Source: Phoronis australis (taxonomy: Eukaryota; Animalia; Phoronida). From it: DNA of 64,000 nt. This document shows positions 1 to 11,067 of this stretch, piece after piece. Under the pieces are notes generated by a model that ran no database searches, was not told the origin of the DNA, and was given only the letters and a program-made list of their open reading frames with translations. Position 1 is the stretch's first letter. The number at the start of each line of letters is the position of its first letter. Position numbers and translations under genes: made by a program. Location: positions 463,654 through 527,653 of the forward strand of contig NMRA01000252.1 in assembly GCA_002633005.1 (NCBI GenBank), given 5' to 3'.

Positions 1-779
1 AGCCGGTGGTGTTTTCAACTTATTGCTATTGTATGCATGGACACCTGCAGAAAGTAACTCATTGCTTTACATATAAACTAGTAACGTGATAAAAATTGTC
101 AACTGCTTTCGAAATCACGGCCAAAAACTTGCTGTCCGACTCAAGGCGCAGACAATACTGTATCTCTCAGAAATATCTGAGATGTGTTGCTTTCTACGAC
201 GTAAAGCACGTAAATTTCCCATCACTGAAGTTCAAACATTACTGAACCGACTGTTGCAACGACTTCGAACTGGAGGAAATACATATAAGAAAGACCGCAA
301 GGATTGGCGCGCTAATGACTCATTACACCGATTTCCACTTCTGGCATGCAGAACTGCCCATCTTCTTGAATTTCTCCAATGCCAGTTTACAGCCCTTCTT
401 AGTGAGACAAAGTCTTTTAATGTTAGTGACAAATTGCCACATATTTTGTGTATACGTCCTTTCAACTCCAAGCGCAAGGGTGCCATGGCCCCCTAAAATT
501 CTCCCAGATACCATTTGGCTGTCCGGGGTACGAATTGCTGACTAGCATATGTGCACACCCAACGGGGCTCTGGGGTGAATACACAATTCATAGGCCTTGA
601 ACACACCCCTTTTACCTTTTTTGGTAATAAGGTCCACAAACGCAAAAATTCGAGACCCTGCATCCCTACATTTTAGGCTGGGCGCGCGCATGTGGCGAAA
701 TTCTGGGTATTCTTGTGCCCTGCCCCCCAAATCAAAATTCTGGATACGCCCCTGCAGATGGGGTGGGGATTTGTTAAAA

Positions 780-1653
780 TATTTGCCTCTAATGGTCTGC
801 AGTTGTAACAAATTTCTCAGTTCCATTATTGTTTAAGTCTTCGTTGTCCATCCTTCATATTTTGGTTCTTCTTCGTAGTCGAACAGGTCAATGTCTTCTT
901 GCCGTCAAAGCTCAATTGACATGCACTGGCTTTTTGGAGCGTTACATGTACCAACAAGTTCATGAATAATTCCAGGAGTTATAGACTTGTCCAATTTGAC
1001 GTAGGCAGTTGCTTAACGTTTGGCATGGCAAATTTTATTTTCGATTCTAATGGATCTGCACCAGATTTCATTCCGATATGCTTGAACCCTCAAATGATCT
1101 CTAAATCTTTCCGTGGAAAAGTTTTGTCCGATTCGCCAAATCATGAATTTCGTTGGAGTACCTCAGTGTTACGGTCATATCGAAGGTAACAATTCTGACA
1201 CATCTAAAACATTAAGAAAGCTAAGAGGAACGTGCCATCTGCCATCACCTTACTCAACTTGACCCTGGTGCATGACTTCCCTAATGTTTTCAAAACATCA
1301 ATCACGCGTGGTGTACCACCACATATATCTTTTACTGCAATGCAATCTCGTTCTAAATCTGTCTCTACATGCTTTCGTACTCTTCGCTCGGTGTATTCTT
1401 CATCTTTTCCTTCTCGTTCTACTTTTGACCTCTTCGTAAATTAACTCTTGTGATCAAACTCTTTTTCTCTTATAGATGTAATTGTTTGAACTGGTTTCGC
1501 ACCTCTCCTCCAGAACAGTGTTGGGAATGCACCCATATATGTTTACTCTGAAACATTCCAAACAGCTGTGTTCGTGCAATGTTAGATATCTAATCCTTAT
1601 TACTTGATCGCCGTGATCTGCGATGACGTGGCCAACTACTTCAGCATTGTGAT
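780..1653 (-). pseudogene. degraded coding-like segment beginning with a discoidin (F5/8 type C) C-terminal-like motif
   Basis: After the acceptor ttgtattgccacag (ends 1654) the frame reads DHNAEVVGHVIADHGDQVIRIRYLTLHEHSCLECFRVNIYGC, resembling the discoidin end ..RyiRi.P..w....lRvElyGC. Downstream frames look coding-like but contain stops. Confidence 0.3.
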
Positions 1654-1882
1654 CTGTGGCAATACAAAGTATTAGCACATGTTTTTTACATCAAATTCAC
1701 TCTATCCAAAAAGGTTATTGACAATGGCCTGACACTTCTTATATGTGTTCTTACTTTAATACACCATTTTCAAATACATTCAATCTTTTTCAAGTCACTC
1801 ATCTGAGTACAGTTATCGAGAACTAATTCTTAAACAGCTCAAGATGAGTTCGTACATGTATACTTTTCAAAAATCTACTCAT

Positions 1883-1991
1883 GACGAGTCCGTACAGTTG
1901 GCTCAGGCGAGTCCGTACAGTTGGCTCAGACGAGTCCGTACAGTTGGCTCAGGCGAGTCCGTACAGTTGGCTCAGACGAGTCCGTACAGTT
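1883..1991. repeat. 23-bp tandem repeat, about 4.7 copies
   Basis: Unit g(a/g)cgagtccgtacagttggctca, with alternating a/g variants. Confidence 0.95.
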
Positions 1992-2172
1992 GTTTGTCTG
2001 ACTGCCTAATTTTACACTTTCCATATCGTGGTTGACCGAGCAGAGTTTTAGCTGAAACTTTTGTAGCGCACTCACCTCTTCATAAACTATTACTTACAGT
2101 ACCTTGTACGCTATCTAACGTATTAAATCGACTGCATAACGACATAGTGCATCATTTTATAGCAAACTTTAG

Positions 2173-3520
2173 AGGCGGATCTAGGATATCATAAGGGGAG
2201 CCCAACATTTTGTGTCGGGCAAATGCGCAAAGCACGAGTGCATGTGCTCACCCAGCCTGAAATATGAATGGGCTCGAATTTCTGGACCTTCTACTAAAAT
2301 ACAAAAGGAGGACTAAAACTAAAAATGGGAAAACGATTGTGAAGGTTGGTGCACCTCGACTGACACTTGCAATCGGGTCTGAGCCCCCTCCCCTTTAAGC
2401 CGCATGTTAATTACGCTGTCAGTGGCGGATCTAGGATACCACAAGGGGGGGCAACATGTTGCATTGGAGAATTGTTCAAAGTGCGACTGTATGTGCACTG
2501 GCGGCTTGAATGTTGCGGGGGCCGGGGATGTGGACTTTGTGTTCAGAAAATCCATCGATGGACTAAAAAAACGAGAACACGATTCCGCCGCGACCCTCAT
2601 ACTGAACTCAATATTCCCTCACGCTTCACGTTGTTGCTGTTTCATTTAGCTTGCGGCAACGAAGGGAGGAAGGAGAGAATCCAGGAGTTGGGGGTGGCAG
2701 GGCAGTGTTTTAGTCAGGATTTTGCCCGTCAGACATTCGTACCCCCGAACTGCCAAATGGAATTTGGGAGAAGTTTAGGGGGAGGCATGGCTTCCTTGGT
2801 CCCCCTCTAAATCCGCCACTGGGGCCCCCTTGCTCCCCCCCCCCAAATCCGCCTATGGCAGCCTGGGGGAGGGGGTTGAACACCCTATGAACTTTCGCCG
2901 ATATTCATGAATTTTTCACAGCACCACGGCTACAAAGTTGCACTGGCCGGTCTTTGCTGGTCACACTAACGTGAGAAGCTTTCAGCGCTTGCCTCGACTA
3001 GTAAGCTTTTGAGCAGAACTGCTTCTAATTACATGTAAAGATCGATTTCCACGCTTTAAAGACAATCTTGTTCGACTGGTGCTGTGTTCCTCACATCAAA
3101 TTGCTTATGACGACGCCGTAGTCATCATGACCAGTCCAAACACGTAGTACAGCTGTGGCGGATCTAGGATATCATAAGGATGCCCAAATTCTTGTCTCGG
3201 GCAATAGCACAAAGCACGATTGCAGGCACACAAGCAGCTTCCACGATAGGGGGCCTGGAATTTCAGAGGATGTGAGCCCGTTACTAAAAATAAACGGAGA
3301 ACTAAAAAACAAAAAGCGGGAAAACCGTTGCGCCAGGAAAACCATTTCTGCCGTCGTCTGTTTCGTACACTTGCAAACGGGTCTGAGCTCCCCCCTAAGC
3401 CGTACGTTAATTGCCGATATCATTAACTCAATATTTCCTCGCGCTCCAACTGATTTGTTTTTTGCGGCAGCCAAGGGTGGGGCGGTCCCCGTGCCCCCCA
3501 CCCCCTTAAATCCGCTTGTA
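2173..3520. mobile_element. cluster of short (CAG)TGGCGGATCTAGG-terminated, G/C-run-rich MITE-like elements (hAT-like ends)
   Basis: ggcggatctaggata starts occur at 2174, 2424 and 3157, and atccgccactg-type ends at about 2821, 2858 and 3518. Related copies lie at about 474-754, 9160-9390, 9900-10162, 48790-49040 and 52780-52900. No TSD was verified. Confidence 0.55.
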
Positions 3521-5069
3521 ATGTACAGGTCCCCTTACTGTGCTTACTGAACTCTACCCACAACTGTCAATGAGATAGCACTGCCTGTGCACGTGCTTCA
3601 TTTGTCTTGTGATTATTGTTTTGTAACGCGGGAAAACTTCAGACTGCCCCACTGAGATTAACGTAGTCTTCCATAAATAGCAGCATGACTAATCAGCTAT
3701 ATATAGCCTCAAGAACTATATAGCACGTGAAACAAAACGCTTTGTTGATTGGTCACTTGAAGAGCTGCGGGAGGTGTGAACCTTTCAGACAATCAATCCC
3801 GCCACAGCCTCGCTCGACACCACAGCGAGTGCACCTATTTTTCAAACGTGTGTGACTGCTGGGTGGATTTTTTTCATCCTCAGGTTTGTAGAAACTATTG
3901 TGTAAAACGTTTTATAGCAAAATTCCTAACTTTATTCGAAGCTAAGTAGCGACGACAAAAACTGTTTAAGGCTGCCATTTTGGTTAGAATATAGACATTG
4001 GCACCGTTGAACTGCCAAGTGGAATCTGGGAGAATTTTAGGCTTTTTTCTAAATCAACTGGAAGTGCTCCGCTTTCTCAACAAATATGTTCCGTTGTTCT
4101 CACGTAGGCCAAATGAACATTGTATGTGTTCAGGAAAGTGCAAATCGAGTACTCCTACCTCTGTTTTTGGGAATCGAGTAATTTTGACCTCGATTCAGTG
4201 GATCTGATTCTACAATTGACACCTATTCAACCATTTAGTTCGTGATGCTAGCAATGTTGATGACGTCAACAATTCTGATTGCGCTTGCGGTTTGTAATTT
4301 AAAGTATCCCCAATGCAATAAACAGTTGCGCATATTTCAATACGCGCGCTGCGGTTTATATGCTTGCATGTAGCCACGCCACGTTTCTATTGAATCATAA
4401 ATTTCAAATTGTCCGAATGTTCTGATTTCTTGCATGATTGATTTGAGCATGTTTATCCTCCTTTGAATTTTTTTATGCACCCGTTTCCCATGTGTAGGCC
4501 CACACAAACTAATTAGGCCTAAACTAAGAGCTATCCCTGCGAAGAGGTGGTTTAACTTGGGCATCTCACGTTTTGCAAAATAAAATTCCTACATGGATTT
4601 GGATGTTCACTCCACGGTTGTAATCGTTTTCTCCTGATTATTATTTTCATTAGATTCCGTTCACATGTAACGGAGGTCGCAAAGAAGCGTCTGACCCACT
4701 TGGACTGGTGACTCACCATTTCCTGGTATCTGTTTTCATATGAAAAAGTGTTGCCAACGCAGCTACTTTTCACAAAAACAATAAGTCTTAGTGACGACAT
4801 GCGTAGCATAAATAACAATGACAGCTTTTTAATGTCCAGTTTTTGGATCGTTGTGATTTGAAGTGTGTGACTTTGACCTCCTTGGTACACTGGCGTGGGG
4901 GGTCTTTTTAATTAATTGTGCACCTGGGCCCTTGTTATAAATCAAACTTGAAGCCGGGGAAAACTATTGAAATGATAAAACGTAACTTAAGCAGTATTGT
5001 GAGAGATTCTGTCGATTCATTGGTCAAACATTAACACTGATTCTACATTATCAGGTCACTGACCAGAAT

Positions 5070-6972
5070 ATGGCAATTAGCTCCAAGGACGCAGACGACA
5101 TTCGAAAGCTATTAGAATGCCCCATCTGTTTGAAAAGACCGAAAACACCACGCCAACTGCCGTGTATTCACACGTTCTGTCATGAATGTTTACAAACATT
5201 TATTGACAAACGAGGAAAAGGCGGCACGTTTTCATGTCCGCGGTGCAATCGACTTTTCGACATCCCGAAAAATGGAGCTGCTGGTTTTGCATTCAATCAC
5301 TTCATCAATCACATGAACGACTGTGTTCCTAAAACGACCAATGTCTTTTGTTATGTATGTCATTGCAAGGGATCCACAGTGGGGGCAGATTTCATGTGTA
5401 TACAGTGTGCTCATCACTTGTGTAAAAAGTGTGCTGACGTTCACTGTCAGACTGGAATCACTTTAACCCATAAAGTGGTCAGTTTGGAGGAAGTCGAAGC
5501 TGGCATGCATTTTGAGGCGATACGTGAACACCAAACAGTGAGTTGCCCCAAACATCCGGGCAAGTTGCTTGAGCTTTACTGTGACCAATGCAAAACACCC
5601 GTGTGTTATTTGTGTAAAGCACTGGATCACGATCAGCACAAGATGAAGAATATTGAAGAGGCGGCACGGGAAGCAATCGAGGTACTCACAGCTTTGATGG
5701 AGCCTTGGATTGACGCAGTGGATCACGCGAAGGCTTTGTCAGACGAACGCAAGAATATTCGTGAGGAACTGAACCAAGAACTTTTACAACGAATGGTTGA
5801 AAAACTTGGCAAAATTTTTGATGATTTCAAGAAGAAGATGGATGACGAACTGGAAACTAAGAGAAGTGAAGCGATCACTAAACTGATCGCGAAGTTCGAG
5901 TCGGTCCAAAAACAAAGTCAATCAGCTTACGAGGCGGCTGAACACAGTCGACTGTCTCTGATGAGTACATTGAGATACGCCAAGAGACTGGTTGAAAGAG
6001 CGCATCCTGCTGAAACAACTCTACAGTACCATGACATGGCCACCACTCTGGCATCGTTAGATATCAGTCAGTTTGAACTTAATGCTGACAGACACGTGTT
6101 TAACTTTGTACCACCTGAACTGCCAGTACCTAACGTGTCTGTTGGTAGTGAATCTACTGTAGAATCACAACTAATGGACACAAAAGTGTCACAACTTCAT
6201 CTTTCATCCAAATCACCCGTTCAGCCTGTCACTCCACCACTGACTGTTAAAGAACCTGCGGGTAGTATTGGTACATTTACCAGCCGGGGTGAGGGGGAGG
6301 GGGAGTCTGGGTGTTGGGGACTGGCAGTTTGTGAAGGGGGGTTTGTTGTAACAGGCGCATACAACAAAACTGTTAAAGTGTTTAACAAAAACAACTCTAA
6401 ACTTAAGTTGAAGTTACAACAAACTCATCACAAACTGCAGCAGCCGCTCGACGTGACATGTCACAAAGATGGTCACATCTTCATTACCGACCTCGGCATT
6501 AAGGGTGTTGTCAGGTATGATGCCCGTGGTGAGGTGGTGAAGGTGTGGCGTGATGTTTATGAAGACTGGGGCTTTGTGACATGTCGTGGTGACAGACTGG
6601 TTGTGTGTGATGAAGGCGGGGGACGGGTACTTATAATGGACCTTGACTGCGATATTCACCAACAGATGGACGGCCCCACCCTGGGGCTGAGTAATTTCAG
6701 ACCAGGATATGTGTGTATAGACAACTGTGGTCAGTTGGTGGTCAGTGAGTGTAACCCCGGTCGTGTCCATGTAATAGACCCGACACGGCCGGCCGTTGTA
6801 TCCACACTGACCCATCAACTGAGTGACTACCCGCACGGTGTGTGTGTAGACCCACACGGTCACATTCTGGTGGCAGACTGTTACAATGATCAGGTGATTT
6901 TATACAACAACGCACGTGCACATGTGATCGTGCCCCCTGGTGGTGTCCAGCTTCCAACTGGTTTATGTCTCC
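5070..6972 (+). CDS. TRIM-NHL family E3 ubiquitin ligase (RING, two B-boxes, coiled coil, NHL beta-propeller); CDS uninterrupted by introns, 3' end lost in an assembly gap
   Basis: The 641-aa ORF has a C3HC4 RING (CPICLKRPKTPRQLPCIHTFCHECL...CPRC), B-box1 (CYVC...CIQCAHHLCKKCADVH...H), B-box2 (CPKHPGKLLELYCDQCKTPVCYLCKALDHDQH), a long helical region, and NHL blades (QPLDVTCHKDGHIFITD, RPGYVCIDNCGQLVVSE, YPHGVCVDPHGHILVADCYND). An acceptor-like ctacattatcag ends at 5054, just before the ATG. The n at 6973 interrupts the last blade. Confidence 0.93.
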
Positions 6973-8103
6973 NTAGTTCACCTCCACTCTCTTGAGATGC
7001 AATTTCGATGTGGAGCATGCCCATGAAGCATAGGTATACAATTTTTGATTCACCGACTTCATCAGGGTACCGCCATTGCATTTTTTCTTCTGAGCATTAT
7101 ATGCAGCCTCATTCAAACCAACAAAAATAATATAACCAATAGATGCAAGAATGGAGCTGCGCGGGAACAAGCGTTTGACATTTTTATCCGGACACAGTGC
7201 GCGGGGCCAAGCGTTTGGTATTTTCAGTTCATAGAAAGTGTAAAAATATTTTAATGGCCTCAAATCATAAAACTAACACCAGAAATAAACTCCCCGCACC
7301 CAAAAATATTGAAAACATTGATTTACAACATGATCTGGTGATGATGATAGTCGAGATATGTCAATTTCCATTTTCGGCGGCGGCCATGTTGGATTTTGTG
7401 CGTAGCGGCCACTAGGGGGTTAGCACAGTTTGTTTGCGGTGCTTTTTAGAGATGTTTTACCTATTCCTAACATTGTACCAATTTGCAGAAACTTGTCACA
7501 AAGTGCGCGATTTTCAAGAATTCCCTCTCCGCTATTAGGTTTGCACAAGATTGCTGGGGGACTTGTGAAACTCGTCTAAAAAGCACTAGCTTATACAGTA
7601 GTTTAAATTTCTTTTCCTTAAAACGTATTTTATTACCGCGGTGGCAATCGGTTGGCCAGATGATATACTTGTTTAACTGTTTCGCGATTTCGAATCTAAA
7701 TCGTGTCTGACAGGATATGTATGTCGATTTAAATCACCCGGTCCCACTCAGCATGTAGGAGTGTATGCTGACTCTTATTTAAACTTTCTCGTTTCGCAAT
7801 ATTTCTTTTTATTCAACAAGGCAAACGTGTATACAGTTAAGGTAAAAAAGAAAAAATTAAAATGGTCTGTGCGATCGCTAAAAGAGATATCACGAGCACA
7901 AGGTTTGTATTTTTGACAGAAAGTTGGGTTTCAGGTTTGAGCTTGCAGAAGGAACACATGTCGGTTACAAAAAAAAATTCTTAAACTTCCATCTCGATAC
8001 GATACAAATGGTCGCCTCTGCAAAAATTTTGGAAAGCGGGCTACCTAGCACTAACTATGAATGCTAACAAGTCCTCACTTTTTGCTCGCACTAAATTAAT
8101 TAA

Positions 8104-9024
8104 AGGAGAATGCCACCCGATTTAACTAGTCTTTTTTACCGTCTTAATCGGTCTACATACACGTCGCCTCTTATACGGTCGACCTCACCTTGCCGAGAGG
8201 TGTCGCGTTAACCTGTGAGGAAGGTGAGAAACGACGCAGCGACGTCAGTGGTTCGTCTGCAGAGTGAATGCTGCTATATCGCGGTGCATCGGTTCCCGCT
8301 TGTCCGAACTATGAAGCTGCGAAGAAAGCAGGTATATCGTTTTTCCGACTTCCTCGAGAGTCCGAAATATGCTTAGGAAGTGGTTGGTGGTAGTGAAGCA
8401 TGAAAGGTACGCTGTTACATGTAATTACAAGTATGAGGCCGTGAAACATCTCCGTGTCTGTGGCCGGCATTTCGTCGACAGTGATTTCTCTGACGAATTC
8501 CGGCTTACCAAAGAACTATCCATACGTTCCGTTGCCTGTGAATGTTCACGGCGCCTCTCTAGTATTTCATGATCAGTGTATTCCGGTTCGAATTGATAGC
8601 TGTGAAACCTACCAATCTGATCCGTGAAGTCTTCGTCGGATGAGCTCTTAACTAACTCCTGCTGGGGATCTTGGTAAATTGGCCTGCCGAACTTTGTAGG
8701 CTATGGTGTGTCCAAATTATAAACCCGTAATAGCGAAATAAAACAACACGTTTTTATAAGAACTCGGTGTATTTTTAAGGGTTTTACATCGAAGTTCGAT
8801 TATTTATTGGTGTTAAACGATGAATTCAAACGATAAGCTGACACCAGTAACCCGTGTTGTGAACTGCTGAGTACACTGCGTGTGAAACCAATTACGTCAT
8901 TGGATAATTTCAACACCTCCGTCTGCCGTCAGGTGTCAGGTAACGCAACCGAACGTGCCGTTATCGAGTAGAATGACTGATCTAAATTAATACAAAATGA
9001 ATTGTTTTTGGGTGGCATACTCCT
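8104..9024 (+). mobile_element. non-autonomous Kolobok-type DNA transposon carrying a frameshifted THAP domain
   Basis: 15-bp TIRs AGGAGAATGCCACCC / GGGTGGCATACTCCT (1 mismatch) with TTAA on both sides (8100-8103, 9025-9028). The interior 8280-8490 reads SVPACPNYEAAKKAGISFFRLPRESE/LRKWLVVVK...HLRVCGRHFVDSDF, a THAP C2CH pattern. TTAA TSD, purine-purine terminus and THAP together match the Kolobok superfamily. Confidence 0.8.
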
Positions 9025-10912
9025 TTAAGAGGAAAAGCAGAATTTTTATCCTTATTTAACGACACTTTCAATCAAGCAACCATAAAATCTCACAAGAATA
9101 AACATTTCAAGTTACATCTTTGTTTTCCCGTCAACCTTTTTCAATCAGTTACTATATATCAACATGCCTTCAATATGGGGGGCTCGAATTCCTGACGTTG
9201 TGGACCTTTTGCTAACAAAAGAGCGGGCGGACTAAAAAAAAAACGGAAGCACCTCTGTGAAGTGCACGTTTGCGCTAATTTAGTGCACTTTTGTCCCATT
9301 TTCTCGGACTTTTTGTCTCTCAGAAGGCGGAATTTTTTGCCCACTTCGCTCAAAGGGGTCCCCCGAGCACACACTGGGTGCGCGCATGATCAAGTACTTA
9401 AAATTCACAATGATGTTTCTTAAAACTGGATTTCCTTAATATTCATTAGTTGGCAAAACGGAAAATGAATTTTAAAACACTTTTAAAAGTCCATAAAATT
9501 GATCGCTTACCATTCGTTACTGCCATAGGGCTTGGTTTCCTCACCCATACAGCGAGAAGATTGCAGCCACCAGCGACTCGAGAAAACGGTTCAGATTTTT
9601 TGTGTGTTGGGTCAATTCTAAAAATCGCGAATTCAACAATCGGCCTACGATTTATCACCGCCGGCAATTTCGTAAAATGTGTCAATGTTTGAACAAAACT
9701 AAGTAAATCAGTTAAGATTTCAACACTGACAGCCAAACAACGTGGACAATCTCTCCCCCCTGCCCCCCTCAAAAAGAGTAAAAAGGAACATTTAAAGAAC
9801 AATGCCTCTTACCGTGCTCAAGTGTGTCTTTTGAAGTAAGTGGTCTGTCTCCTAACAATTAGAGGAAATACAAACAGCGTTGGTATAACTCAAACCGCCA
9901 GTGTCATGCGCGCACCCAGGGAAGGGGGGGGGGGGCGCTCGGGGGCTCGAACGAGCTTCCTCCTCACCCCCATTTGGCGAAGTGGGCAAAATGGTCCTCC
10001 TCAGAGAAACAAAAAGTCCTAGAAAACGAGACAAAGGTGCAATAAAAAGGCGCAGACGCACAAGTCACAGTTCTGAAGGTGGTACCCCGTTTTTTTTAGT
10101 CCTGCCGTTTTTTGTCAGCAAAAGGTCCGGAAATTCGAGCCCCTCATATTAAAGGCACGCTTGAGTGTAAGTGACATGGTATTAGTCACGTATTGCAATA
10201 CTGACGGACCGCTAATTTGGTTCCGTTTATCACATCATGTTTTTACAGTTAAGTACTTCTTGCACATGGACTTATTTTGCAAGTTTATAAACAACCAACA
10301 GTTCATTTGATATTAATGTGTAATAGAATTACAATTTATCTTGAGCGAGCTCAACTTGTAATTTCATCATGTAAGTACTGAGTAAGCCTCTGTTACTACG
10401 TCATGCATCTACGTCATGCATGATGAAGTGCGAACTGCAGCAAATTAACAAAGGAAAGTCTGACGTTCAATTATACTTTTGATGTGCAGCAATGTTCATT
10501 TGCGTAGACATGAATCTTCTCACCACAAAACAGCACAATGATGGGAACATTAATGTCCCGGATGCCATAATTGAAGAGTGAATCTATGACAGAGATGCAT
10601 GTTTGTGTCCAGTTTAAAGTTGCTAAGCCCGAGTTTTGTGTATGTTATGAATCATCATCGTTGCCTCGGTTACCAAACTATTCATATTTTTTTAGTCAAA
10701 GTGACAAACATGGAAATGATGTAAGCAGAAAAAACTGCTTATTTTTTGTTGATGTAAAATCAAAACTTTGTGAAAACTCGTAAACTTTTGTTTAGTTTCA
10801 ATTCCGAACAGTTCAAATACATGTAGATTTATCTTTAAATTCACGGAGAGAAGTTTGCTGGCAAGTTGAAACTAAAATTCACTTTCTGTTGGGCTTTCCA
10901 ATTAATTTTATG

Positions 10913-11067
10913 CAACGACAGGGACTCTTCCAGATCATCAAAAGTAACTCTGATGTGTTCTGATACAACGACAGGGACTCTTCTAGGTCATCAAATGTAA
11001 CTCTCATGTGCTCTGATACAACGAGAGGGACTCTTCCAGATCATCAAAAGTAACTCTGATGTGTTCT
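10913..11067. repeat. 53-bp tandem repeat, about 3 copies
   Basis: Unit caacgacagggactcttccagatcatcaaaagtaactctgatgtgttctgata starts at 10913, 10966 and 11019. Confidence 0.92.

Noticed and set aside
60-280. Minus-strand frame with several in-frame TGA codons as a selenoprotein
   Set aside because: Neighbouring frames also contain TAA/TAG and frameshifts, and there is no recognisable selenoprotein motif or SECIS. Decay is the simpler explanation.
6974-6995. TRIM C-terminus XSSPPLS and stop at 6995
   Set aside because: It lies after the n at 6973. The NHL blade is cut mid-motif, so the stop probably comes from an unrelated contig.
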